Positions 52,281 to 64,000 of a stretch of DNA of 64,000 nucleotides are shown here, piece by piece. A program made the position numbers and the translations under genes. The stretch comes from Vicugna vicugna (lineage: Eukaryota). Location of the stretch: assembly GCA_013265495.1 (NCBI GenBank), contig MU058059.1:620001-684000 (forward strand). Direction: 5' to 3'. Numbering within the stretch: the stretch's first letter is position 1; each line of letters opens with the position of its first letter. Below the pieces are notes generated by a model. That model saw only the letters and a list, made by a program, of their open reading frames with translations, searched no databases and was not told where the DNA came from.

Positions 52281-53822
52281 AAAGACATTCTCAGAAAACA
52301 GAAAATTAGAATCCATTGTTAGCCCTCTTCTAAAAGAATCACTAAAGAATGTTTTTTAGACAAAAGGTAAATGACACCAGAAAGAAACTTGGGATATCAG
52401 GAATGAAGGACCAGCAAGGGAAGTCATAAATACCTGAGTAAATGTAACAGACTATTTCTCTCCTCTTTAGTTCTTTAAAATAATTTGACAGTTGAAATAA
52501 AAAAACAGGACACTTTTACAGTTTTTAATAAACGTAAATAAAATATGCAATAATCATAGTATAAAGGGTTGGGAGTAAAGAGAATTATGTGTGATAGTAT
52601 TCCTAAATTCCACTGAAGTAGTAAACTATCGATTCTAAATAGACTATGAAAAGCACAGCAAATCTAACTGTATACACCTAAGAACAGATTCCAAGTACAT
52701 GAAGCCAAATCTGACAAAACAAAAGTAGAAGTAAATAAATCAGCAATTCTAGTTGGAAACTTTTAATATTCCTTCCTCATTAATAGAATCAGTAGACAAA
52801 TTCAGCAAATAGAACTGAACACCACCATCCACCAAGAATCTAGTGACATTTATAAAACAATTATCGAACGACATCTAAATTTCAGAAAACAGAACCAAAC
52901 AGCTCAAGATTTTCAACAGATGTACTGCAAAAGAAAAAAGAGGGGCAGGAAGAGAACTTTAGATTAGACTAGACTAAACTATATCGTGAAAGACAGTACA
53001 CTGTGTGAAAAAATCCTAAAAAAATAAGAGAAGTAAAATTTAGGATAAGGACTATTTTGGAGAAGGAATGAGAAGGTTGTGATTGGAATGAGGTCTATGG
53101 AGTAGATCCTGCGGTATCAGGAAAAGTTCTCTTTCTTTACATAATGATAGTTCTCTAAGCTATTCATTTTTGGTTTTGTGTGTTTTTTCTACATTCGTAT
53201 TTTATTTTAAAAATAAGATTTTGAAAATTAGCTGCAAATTCTAAGTACAATAAAATAACCTGCAGCAAACTAGCACTCCCACAAAGAACAACTCATAAAA
53301 TGCAAACAAAACCACAGCAAAACAACAGTAACAACCAAAAAAAAAAGACTTCTGCTCTAGAGAATTTCCAAGGCTAACAGGACTTCAGGGGCCAATATCC
53401 TGTAGAGAAATGACATACACAGGCATGAGTTGACATTCTGCAGCTATTTTTTCCCAAAGTATTTGCCAAATCTTAGCATGAACCCAAGCAGAGTTTCTAA
53501 TCAGGAGCCACTAACTGTTAGGAGGCAGAGGAGTCAGCAGAATTTTGACAATTTCAATTTGCTAGAGAGATATAACTTAAAGATCGGGGCTGCCCGAAGC
53601 AGCCACATTGGATGCAGGACACTAAGATGTGCAGGAGAGTGAGTCTGACATTCTCCTGTTTCCAAACTCTTGAACTGCTCAGAGCAGGAAGATAAGAAGC
53701 TAAGCGGGAAACCGCTGAGTGACTGGGAGGTGTTTTCCACAGAGAAAGATTAAAATTCTGAGTTGTCCCAGGAGGAAGAAATCTACTAAACAAGCTCAGA
53801 TCCCAGTTTCAAAAACTGGAGA

Positions 53823-53990
53823 AACACATATATAAGCAACAAGGATATACTGCATAGCACAGGAAATTAAAGCCATTATCTTATAATAAGTTTTAATGGA
53901 GTGTGATATATAAAGATACTGAATCACTATGCTGTACACCTGAAACTAATATAATATTGTAAGTCAACTCTAACTTCAATTTGAAAAAAA
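53823..53990 (+). mobile_element. Short camelid-type L1 3' end
   Basis: aacaaggatatactgcatagcacagg...gctgtacacctgaaactaa...poly-A. TSD-like aaaaactggaga / aaaagactggaga. Confidence 0.85.
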
Positions 53991-56113
53991 GACTGGAGAG
54001 CCTAATAGCAAGATGTACCACTTGGTTAAGAGTCTTTTTGCAGCACACTTCTAGTCAGTTAAAATCTTAATCATATTAAAGTAGTCTGTGGTGAACCCTC
54101 TCTGGAAGAAGCTGATACTACATCGATCCTTCAGAAATTATCACAGTGTCCAGCATTCAGTCATAAATGATGATTATCTAGAAGCAAAGTGAAAAATCAG
54201 GCAACAAAAACACAGTAGATCCAGTTACTCAAATAATCAGAAGTGAAGTTTTAAATAGCTATGATTAATATATTTAAAAATAGATGACAACTTTAAGATA
54301 TCATCAGAGAATGGAGACTTAACCAAAAAATCAAGTAGACATTTTAGATTTGAAAAAGGCAATAACTGAAATTAAGAAGTAGCTGGGCTCATCATCAGAC
54401 CGGACAACATAAGAGAGGATTAACAAAGGGGTAGCAGGGAAGAAAGGGAAAAACATGTAGGTTGAGGTACAGAAAGCAAAACACAGAAAATACAGAAAAG
54501 AGTCTAAAATACATAGAATATGGGGAAACATTCTAACATACATGCAAATGGAGTTCCAGAAGTGAGGCAGAGAGTAAACAGAACAGAGACAATGCTTGAA
54601 AAGATAATTATCTAGCATTTTTCAAAACTGACTGAAGATATCAAGCTATCAGATTAATAACCCCTACAGAACAGAAGTAAGATAAGATAGAAGGAAAACC
54701 ACACCTAGAAACATTGGAGGAAAACTATTGAGAAAAATTAGAAAAATGTCAATGAGACACACTCAAAAAATCCTGAGAGAAATGGTAAGATACACTATTT
54801 TCATGAACAAGAAGATTCCCTGTTACAGTAACACAGACTTCCTAAAATAACCTAATACAAAGCGATTTCAAACAAACCCCAATAGGACAGTTCATGCAAT
54901 TTGACAAGTTGTTTCTAAGACATGTATGAAAAGAGTAAAGGGTCATGAAGTATGAAAAGTATAAAAATACTCCTGAAGAACAAACAAAGTGAGACACTAG
55001 CCCTGTAACAGACTGAGGCTTTAACGACGGAGCAGTGTGAACACAGAAATGGACAAATGACCCAATCGTACAGAAAAGAGTCTAAAATTATCCATGCATA
55101 CGTTAAAACCTATTTCATTTCAGTGCTATCACAGTAAGGAGGAAATTTTTAAATGCTACTGGGCAACAGATTATCCATATTGGAAAAAGGGAGTAAAATG
55201 GGAATTTCTAGATGACAATGTACATGGAAACAAATTTTAAGTGGAATGCATTCTGTAAAAAGCAAAGTTTAAAACATACGGAACAAAATACGACTGTTTC
55301 ACATAAACTGAGTTTAGTCAAAGATTTCTTAATTAAAATATAAAAAGCATAAATTGTAAAGAAACAGTCAAATTTAGCTGCATAATAATTTAAAAGCTTT
55401 CAAAAGGTGGTATTTAAAAGGTTCAAGAACAAGATAAAAAACTGGGAGAAGTATCTGCCTCACAATAATCAGAAAAAAAGGTTATTACTCAGAATGTCTA
55501 TTTTGAAGGCTATGAGAAAATGAATAAAAAGTATAAATAGGCATTTTAAAGATCCATAAATGCCCTCAGAACAAAGTGCTTATTCTTATGTATAATTATG
55601 AAAAAGCCATAATTAAATAGTATTTTAAATGCACATGAGTAAAAACTGAAAAAAAATTTAAGATTTACGTATCAATTGTTGCATTAACATAGCAAAGGGT
55701 ACACTTATGCACTGTTGTCAACTGGCGGAACCACTTTGGAGGATAGCTCAGTGATAATTAGTAAAGAGGAAGATGTATATTCCACAGTTTCCAGCAATTC
55801 AACTTTTTGATATATACACTCTAGAATAGGTCTTGTACATGTGTATCAGAAAAAAAGTGCATTCAGGATTTATGGAAGCATTGTGCAAAACAGCCAGCAA
55901 TTGGAAAAAACCCAAATGACCCTTATCAGTAGAATGACACCTGCCCCCAAAAAAGCATAGCGTAGTCATACAATGAAATACTATATACCAGTGAACAGAA
56001 ACAAACTGGGGCTACAGGCATCAACATTGATGAATATCACCAGCAGAATATTAAGAGGGAAAAATCAACACAAAATATGCCTACAGTATATTTCTGTAAA
56101 GTTTTAAATGTCA

Positions 56114-56255
56114 GGAGAGAGCATCTAGCTCAGTGATAGAGCACAAGTTTAGCATGCCCAAGGCCCTGGGTTCAATCCCCACTAACTCCATTAAAATAAA
56201 TAAGTAAATAAATAAATAACCCTCCACCAAAATAAATAAATAAATAAAATTTTTT
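56114..56255 (+). mobile_element. vic-1-type SINE, complete
   Basis: tagctcagtgatagagc...ctgggttcaatcccc with (taaa)n tails. 16-bp TSD aaagttttaaatgtca (56098-56113 and 56256-56271). Confidence 0.9.
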
Positions 56256-58305
56256 AAAGTTTTAAATGTCAACATTGATTACAACAAGCTAAATACACAG
56301 AAAAACTATCAACAAAATTAAAGGAACGATAAACAAAAATTCAAGATAGTGTTTACTTCTGAATGGAGGGAGGGATATTCAAATAGTGAAGGGACACACA
56401 GCAGGCTTCAAAGGTATAAGTAATGTTCTATAACTGCTACTTCTGATCTGTGCATTTGCACTGGGAAGTGTGACTTATATTTGTCTTCACATTTTCTATA
56501 CTTGTCAGATAATATTTAGGGTATATCTGAAATAATGCATAACAAATTTATAAGACAAAAATGCAAAAAAACACTGTTAACACTCATTGGATAAAATATG
56601 AAAAATTCAAAAAATGTTTTAATGGGTACATACAGTTATTACTGATGCAGGCAATGCTTCCAGGGCCAACTACACAAGTCAAAGATGGATGACTAACGTA
56701 AATACTAAACATTACCTATCCAATATCAACTCTTTCCTGCCTCATGTCTAATAGAATCTTGATTTTTTTTTCCTGTCAGTGTTTAACATCCAGATATAGA
56801 GGATTCTGAATAAATGCCAGGAATAGTTATTTGAACAGAAGAATAAAAGTAACATAAGTTGGCCAAATTAATTTTATCCAGTAAGACTTAAAGGAAGAAT
56901 TTATACTCCACTGTTGGGGAGAAGTTTCGTTCCCCCTCCTAATCCTTATACACATAAACGTGGAATCACCAATTGCACCAATTGCCCTAAAAAGCCATCA
57001 TGTGACCAGAGGGGAATCAGGCATAGGTTAAAGACAGTTTAGAAAGGCTCAGGGGAGAGGAAGGACCTATGTTCTTGAAGACAACACTGAGCCAGCCCTA
57101 ACTCTAGATTTCCATATGTATCATGACCTTATAGTTTACAGGTAATTTGAGTCAATGTTTCTGTATTTGCAACTGAAATCAGTCTGACTGATGAAAGAAC
57201 TTCATGGAGAAGGTGAAGATTAAGACAAGAATAGAAAACAAGTAAGCCTGGATGGGCAAGGACTAATGGATAGGACATTCATCAGACAGAAAATACCTTT
57301 TGAGTCAAACTGACCTTTGGTGACATCGATTCTCACTGGCCAGCTTCCACTTGCTCCACTCTGTTACCCATCCCCAGTGTGGGATCCCATTTAGTCATTT
57401 AAATGCCAGTATGGTTAATAAGAGCATCACCCCATCTCCTCCGAGAGTAGCACTCAGTTTGTAGGAGTAGAAAGCATGAAGTCAAGATGCTTCTTTCCTT
57501 TCCCCATTCCCATGTATCCTCATCCATTTCCTGGAATACCCATCCTTGAAAATTATTCCAAAAACTCTGGATATGCAAATGAGAAGGCTGTCACCCTTAA
57601 TTTCATATTTCAAAAAGTAGACCTAGGACTCCTACTTTGAGAGGCAGCCTTGCATAGTAGTCATATAGGCAAAGGTCTGGCATTCTAGCTTGAGCACTTA
57701 GGAGACATGGGATATGAATTTCTTGCTTAATCTCACCAAGTCTCCATTTCGTCATTTGTATGATGGGGATATTGTAATCAGACTTAAGATTTAAGGAGTC
57801 AGCAGATAGAAAGTACCTACAAATAGAACTCTCCATAGTAAACGCTGTTTCCCTTCCTCCTCCTCCAGTTTCAAAGGATGTCCCCGTAAGTCTGCTTCAT
57901 AGCATTACCATTTATAAACATGACATCACCTTTGAAGGTGAATGACACACATCATATGTACGAGGTGGTAACATGGACCTGTTATCGCATACATGTAATT
58001 ATCACTCAATAACAACAGGTGATTTGTGTTAACTAAATGAGCTATTACATTCGCATTCTTAAAGTTATGCAAATATCTAAGAGTATCTACTAAAGTCTAC
58101 AGAAATGTTATCTTTTCTGACCTTTGAAAATAAATTCAATTTTTTCCTTTCAACTCAAATTTGAATGATTCAAAACACACACGTAGAATTCAAACAGAAT
58201 GTTGCTACAGAAAATTGAAATTCACAAATCCTTACGATGAGATTTCAAACAAAACTTTCTTCCTCACACATCAAATAAGAACTTTTCTGTTTTCATTACG
58301 TCTGC

Positions 58306-59197
58306 TGTGATGGTTCATTTGATGTGTCAACTTGACTAGGGCTCTAGGGCCTAGCCATTTTTTCTAATCCCAGTTTGGATGTTGTTGTGAAGGTATTTTT
58401 AAAATGTGACCTGTATTTAAGTCAGTAGACTTTGGGTAAAGCAGGTGACCCTCCACTTTGTGGGCGAGCCTCATCTATTCACTTGAAGGCCTTCAGAGCA
58501 AAGACCAAGGTTTCCTAAAGAAGCAGCAATTTTGTAAATAACTGTGCAATGAACACAGGAGTAGAGATAGCTCTTGGAGACAGTTGTTTTATTTCCTTCT
58601 GATATATATCCAGAAGTGAAATGTAAACTCTAGAACAACCAAATTTCATATAAACAGAACACATTGGTGGTTGCCAGGGGTGGGGGTGGGGGCTGAAAGG
58701 TGGGGGAAATGGGTAAAGTTGGTCAAAGGGTACAAACTAGCAGTTAGAAGATGAAAAGTTCTGGGAATGTAATGTATAGCACTGTGACTATAGTTAAGAA
58801 AGCTGTATTGTATGTTTAGTATGCTAAGTGAGTAAATTTCAAATGTTCTCACCACACACACACAAACTGTAACTACATGGGGTGATGGGTGTGTTAGTAC
58901 CCTTACTGTGGTAATCATATGTCAATGATACCTCAATAAAGCTATAAAAAAAAAAAAAGGAGGAAGAAGAGTAGGAGAAAAGGCACCAGTAGCAGCTATT
59001 CTGCCTCAAAACTGCAGTATGGACTGCCTAGCCTACAGATTTTGGACTCAAGAATGAAACATCAACCGTTAACCTGCATTTCCAATCTGCCAGTTTGCTC
59101 TATAGATTTTGGAGTTACCCACCTCCACAATCGTGGGAACCATGTATATAATTATGTCCTATTGGTTCTGTTTCTCTGGGGAATCCTGACTAATGCA
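58306..59197 (+). mobile_element. ERVL LTR, MLT2(D)-like, interrupted by an L1
   Basis: tgtgatggttcatttgatgtgtcaacttgact...tcctattggttctgtttctctggggaatcctgactaatgca. Confidence 0.85.
58535..58990 (+). mobile_element. L1MA-type 3' end with 5' inversion
   Basis: 58535-58620 is antisense ORF2-end sequence. 58621-58958 is sense 3'UTR plus poly-A. TSD agcagcaattttg / agcagctattctg. Confidence 0.8.
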
Positions 59198-59656
59198 CCT
59201 ACTGATTCACAATGAGAAAAAAAATCTTAAAAGTTAAAGCTGAACTTGATTGAATAACTGAACCTGATTCTAATTTTGTGCAATTAAGTATAAAATTTTA
59301 TGGATAATGTAACAATTCTCATAAATTGATATAATGGGATCCTGAATCTTTATTTTATTCACTCATAGTTTGAAAAAACTCAGTACCCAAGAAAAGCCAT
59401 CTGTTAAATTTGCAACATTACATTTGTACCTCTCTTAAATATCTTTTGTGGGATATGATTTCTGCAGTGATAATGTACCATGGGTTTTCTGTGACTAACA
59501 CCCTTTCATTAGCATACAATTATATTAGCAGTAGGATAGTTAACACTTTGTAGATAAGCAATGGTCCCCAAATGATTATAATTTTACCTACTTTTTAATA
59601 AAATCATTGCTAATCTATGAAACCCTAGCATAAGACCTCTATCAAGAAAAAACAAA

Positions 59657-60830
59657 GGGAGGAGGCCAAGATGGCGGAGTTGTAGGACGCTTGTGGCTCA
59701 CCCTCTCCCACAGATCCACCAAAACTCACATCCACGGACCCACTCAGCCAATCAGAGAACCTACAGAACTCTGACAGAACACCGTCCTCATCAAAAGACA
59801 AGGACGCCAAAAATCTGGTAGGAGAAAGGAAAAAAAAGAAAGACGAAAAGAGTGCTGGACCGGCAGCAAAGGAGGACTGGCGCCCGTTCGCTGGGTCTCC
59901 CCATCTCCAACGGAGAGGCCAGCGGGAAGGAGGGGGAGCCTCCCAGGCTCGGATCTGTACAGAGCAGCCCTTGACCTACAGAACTAAGTTAAACAGGCAC
60001 AGAGGGTCCCCGCGACACCCAGCCCAAGACCCGAGCAGGACAGGCTGCCTGAGCCGAGAGAAGGACGGGGACGGCTGCGCTGAGGCAGCCCAGGGGGACT
60101 GCAGGGTGTTGGGCAACGTGGATGAGTGGCTGCACAGGGCAGAACAACCTGGGCCCTCCATGAAACAGCACGGCTGATGTTCCCTGGGGGGGAAGGGTGC
60201 ATACCCTCGCCTCTGAAAACCCGTGGAAAGTTTTCGGGGAGGAGAGGTGGGGCTGAGGTGGGGCTTCCATATCCTCTGGTGCTTGGCACCCAGGTGGGGG
60301 CGGGGGCAAAACCTGAATCCGCGCCTGGAGGTTCTGCAGCCTCAAAGGCCAGACAGTGATCTGTTTGCAGCCCGAGTCAGATAGGACCCTTCCGCCCTGG
60401 TGCCTCGCAAAGTTTGCCCCACCAGGACAAACAAGGAGCTGAGTTTGGACACGGAGTAGGGGCGGGGCTGTTCCGCGGCTTTCCGTGGCCTGAGTGTGGA
60501 GCTCCGACCTGGGGGGGAGCGCGCGGCGGTAGGGAAACGCGGAGTGACCGCTGCCAGGGGACAGCCAGCGAGTGGCCCCCAGCCCCGAGGCGGAGCGCAC
60601 AGCGGCGCGGAGCCGCGGAGCGACCGGCACCAGGAGACGGCGGGTGCCCCCCCCCCTTTCCGGCAGGATCTCTGTGCTGGGAGAGGGAGCAATCGGCTTG
60701 CAGACAGGCACTGGGAGCAGCACAGACGAGGGCGCCAACGGAGGGCCTCTGGAAACAGCAACCTGAGTTCGCCAAACAGGGTGAAGACACAAAGACTTCT
60801 CATTAAGAGCACAATCTCCAGGAGAACACC
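59657..60830 (+). promoter_or_regulatory. L1 internal promoter / CpG island with YY1 site
   Basis: YY1 motif ccaagatggcgg at 59666-59677. Dense CpG, especially 60450-60780, with GC boxes (gggggcgggggc, ggggcgggg). Confidence 0.85.
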
Positions 60831-61646
60831 CCCTCCCCCCTTTTTAATCTGTTTTTACCTGTTGTATTTTCTATTACCTTTTTAATTTTTACTTTTTGAA
60901 CAATTATATATTCTCCCGATTTTAACCCCTTTTAAATTTTTCTTTTAAAATAATATTATTATTTTGAAAAATCCACGTCATGTCATTTTTCTCTCTTGGT
61001 TTTGATCTCCTGTTATTGATTACACATAGGTTTCAAATATGTATTTTTTCCTCTTTTCTCCTTTTTTAAAGGTTTTTAAGATACCGCAAACCGATTACTA
61101 TTCTGCTTCAACCTCCTCTTCAAGTATTCATTATACAGTTTTCAAACCTTTTTTCTCCCCTTTTTCAAAATTCTCTTTATCATATCTTTATCTGTTCTAT
61201 TTTTATTACCTTTTTCATTTCTTCTTTCTAAACAATTGTATATGCTTCTAGTTTTAAATCCTTTTTAAATTTTTCTTTAAAGTAGTTATATTGTTATTTT
61301 TTTAAAAATACATCTGATTTCATTTCTTTTGGTTTTGATCTCCTGTTATTGATTATAAATAGGTTTCAAATATCGTTTTTTGATCTTTTTTCCTTTTTTT
61401 AAGGGTTTTTTAAAAAGACGTCTCAACTCCCATGCTAGTCTGATTCAAATTGTGCTTCTATAATTGATTATACACTGTTTTCAAACCTTTTTTTCTCCCT
61501 CCTTTTAAAATTCTCTTTCTCTCTCTCTCCTTTTCTTTTCAACTTTTATTCCTACATAGGCATTAGATAGATAAATAAACTCTTTTAAGGACCACAATAG
61601 ATAACTGATACTCCATAATCCACAGTGCCAGAGAGAGATAAGCAAG

Positions 61647-62538
61647 ATGAAGAAGCAGAGGAACCATTCCCAATTAAAAGAACAAGAGAAATCCCCTGAA
61701 AGAACGATCAATGAAATAGACATCGATAGCCTACTAGATCAAGATTTCAAAAAAGTAGTGATCAAAGTATTGAAGGAACTAAAAGAGATAGTGTTCAGAG
61801 ATATAAAATATGTCAAAAATGAAATCAAAGCTATAAAGAAGAGTCAAAGTAGAACTGGTAAACTCATTGGCTGAGATGAGAACGGATTTAAAGGCTGTGC
61901 AAAGGAGACTAGATAATGCAGAGGAACAAATTAGTGACCTAGAAGACAGGACAACAGAAAGCACCCAATCAGAACAATTTCAAGATAAACAAAAACAAAT
62001 GAAAGCAACATAAGGGACCTATGGGATAATATGAAGTATGCCAATCTTTGCATAATAGGGGTCCCAGAAGGGGAAGAAAGATCAAAGGGGACTGAAAAGG
62101 TTTTTGAAGAAATCATGACTGAAAACTTCCCAAACTTAAAGAAGGAATCAGATATCCAAGTACAGGAAGTTCAAAGAGTCCCAAACAGGAAGAACCCAAA
62201 GAGACCCACACCAAGACATATCATAATCAAGATGGCCAGAGTCAAGGATAAAGAAATTATCCTAAAGGCAGCAAGAGAAAAACAAAGAGTGAGTTGCAAG
62301 GGAACTCCCATAAGACTCTCAGCTGATTTCCCTACACAAACACTACAGGTCAGAAGGGAGTGGGGCAAGATATATTCAAAGTCCTAATGAAAAAATGATG
62401 CAGCCTAAGATACTTTATCCAGCAAGGCTATCCTTTAGGATAGAAGGAGAAATAAAGAATTTCACAGACAAGCAAAAACTAAAAGAGTTTAGCAACACTA
62501 AACCCATGCTAAAAGAAATATTGAAAGGTCTACTCTAA
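61647..62538 (+). pseudogene. L1 ORF1p, disrupted
   Basis: MKKQRNHSQLKEQEKSPE...NLCIIGVPEGEE...PTPRHIIIKM...ILKAAREK...LKGLL*. Frameshifts near 61848, 61990 and 62365-62390. Confidence 0.95.
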
Positions 62539-62914
62539 ATAGAAAAGCAGCAAGATGCTATAGAAATGAGAAACTCATAACTGTAAAGGTGGTAACTCAT
62601 GAATTACAAATAAAATAAACACAAAATTGTAAAAGAAGACATCTAAATCATTAAGAGTGGGAGAGGGAAGCAAGAAAACATAGAGTATTTTTTTCTTCCT
62701 TTTTTAAATTTTTTGTTTTCAGTAGGATGGGTTCGAGATATAGTAATAGGCTAACAGACTTACAGAAAACGGTAACCACAAGCCAAAAACTTACAAGGGA
62801 GTCACAAAAACGAAATAAAATCCATGATAAAACAAAGGAAAATCACCAAACCACAAAACGAAGAAGAAAGGAACAAAGAGGAAATACCAAATCAACTGCA
62901 AAGATAAGTTCAAA

Positions 62915-64000
62915 ATGGCAATAAACACACATTTATCATTAATTACTGTCAATGTTAATGGACTAAATGCTCCAGTCAAAAGACATAGAGTGGCAGACTG
63001 GATAACAAAGCAAGAGCCTTCAATATGCTGCACACAAGAGACCCGCTTTAGGGAGAAGGACACATATAGATTGAGTGTGAAAGGACGGAAAAGGATATTC
63101 CATGCAAATGGAAAAGCCAAAAAGGCAGGTGTTGCAGTACTGATTTCAGACAAGATAGACTTTAAAGCAAAGGCCACAAAGAAAGATAAACAAGGACGCT
63201 TTATAATGATTAAAGGAGTGATACAAGATGAGGATATTACACTCGTTAATATATATGCACCTAAGTACATAAAACAATTACTAACACAGATAAAGGGGGA
63301 TATTGATGGAAATACAATCATAGTTGGAGATTTTAACACTGCATTAACATCACTAGACAGATCTTCCACACAGAAAATAAATAAGGCAACAGAGAAACTA
63401 AACAATACAATAGAAAGTTTAGATTTGGTGGATATTTTCAGAGCATTACATCCCCCAAAAATAGGATATACATTCTTTTCAAGTGCACATGGAATATTTT
63501 CTAGGATTGATCATGTACTTGGGCACAAAAGAAACCTCAACAATTTTAAGGAGATAGAAATTATCTCAAGCATCTTTACTGACCACAATGCCATGGAACT
63601 AGAAATCAACAACAGAGAAACAAAGGAGATAAAAAGGAAAGCATGGAGATTAAACAATATGCTATTAAAAAACCAATGGATCAATGAGGAAATCAAAGCT
63701 GAAATTAAAAAATACCTTGAGACAAATGAAAATGAAAGTACAACCACACAAAATTCATGGGACACAGCAGCGGCAGTGCTAAGAGGGAAGTTTATAGCGA
63801 TATAGGCCTTCCTCAAAAAAGAAGAACAATCTCAAATAAACAATTTAACCCACCAGCTGAGAGAACTAGAAAAAGAAGAACAAAAAACCCCAAAAGGCAG
63901 CAGAAGGAATTATAAACATCAGGGAGGAAATAAATAAAATAGAGACATTAAAAAACCATAGAAAAAAATCAATCAAACCAAAAGCTGGTTTTTTGAAAAA
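62915..64000 (+). pseudogene. L1 ORF2p N-terminal APE endonuclease, disrupted
   Basis: ITVNVNGLNAP, CTQET, IVGDFNT, SRIDH and TDHNA motifs. Premature TAG at 63803-63805 and a frameshift near 63908. Confidence 0.96.

Larger units (their letters stand above)
48960..56520 (+). mobile_element. Block of highly decayed old L1 (L1MC/ME-type) 5', ORF1, ORF2 and 3' fragments with nested younger elements
   Basis: A-rich + strand with recognisable L1 motifs (aatggtgttgggacaatt, caaaatttgtgggat, caacccagaattttatttccag, ggagttccagaag, accactttggagga). The pieces are not in single-element order. Confidence 0.7.
59657..64000 (+). mobile_element. 5'-complete, relatively young camelid L1 (continues beyond the window)
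   Basis: Starts gggaggaggccaagatggcgg, then a CpG-rich 5'UTR, a T-rich tract, ORF1, a ~376-nt spacer and ORF2. Confidence 0.97.

Noticed and set aside
62791..63816. Long antisense ORFs (204 aa and 101 aa) over L1 ORF2
   Set aside because: A common by-product of the A-rich L1 coding strand; hydrophobic low-information translations with no independent support.

Overview
This is mammalian (eutherian) nuclear DNA, AT-rich and dominated by interspersed repeats. It is very probably camelid (alpaca, llama or camel): it carries three tRNA-Ala-derived vic-1-type SINEs and cetartiodactyl-type L1 3' ends, and I saw no Alu, B1/B2, Bov-A/BovB or PRE-1. I cannot recognise an intact protein-coding gene, and nearly all ORFs in the supplied track are chance frames inside repeats. 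The only recognisable coding sequences are the disabled ORF1 and ORF2-endonuclease of a 5'-complete L1 (59657 to window end) and a decayed ERV1 gag (about 24840-25760). The first ~1.4 kb may be the terminal exon and 3'UTR of an unidentified + strand gene. The most unusual structure is a 4.4-kb cluster (21953-26332) of three apparently independent MER41-like ERV1 solo LTRs in +/-/+ orientation. One sits inside an older MER110-like provirus remnant, and two keep a GAS-type STAT site in an unusually well-conserved core. Several non-repetitive patches look like candidate enhancers or cryptic exons. I cannot support a novel biological system from sequence alone. Repeat family names come from my recall of consensus sequences, not from a search; boundaries are approximate unless TSDs are given.
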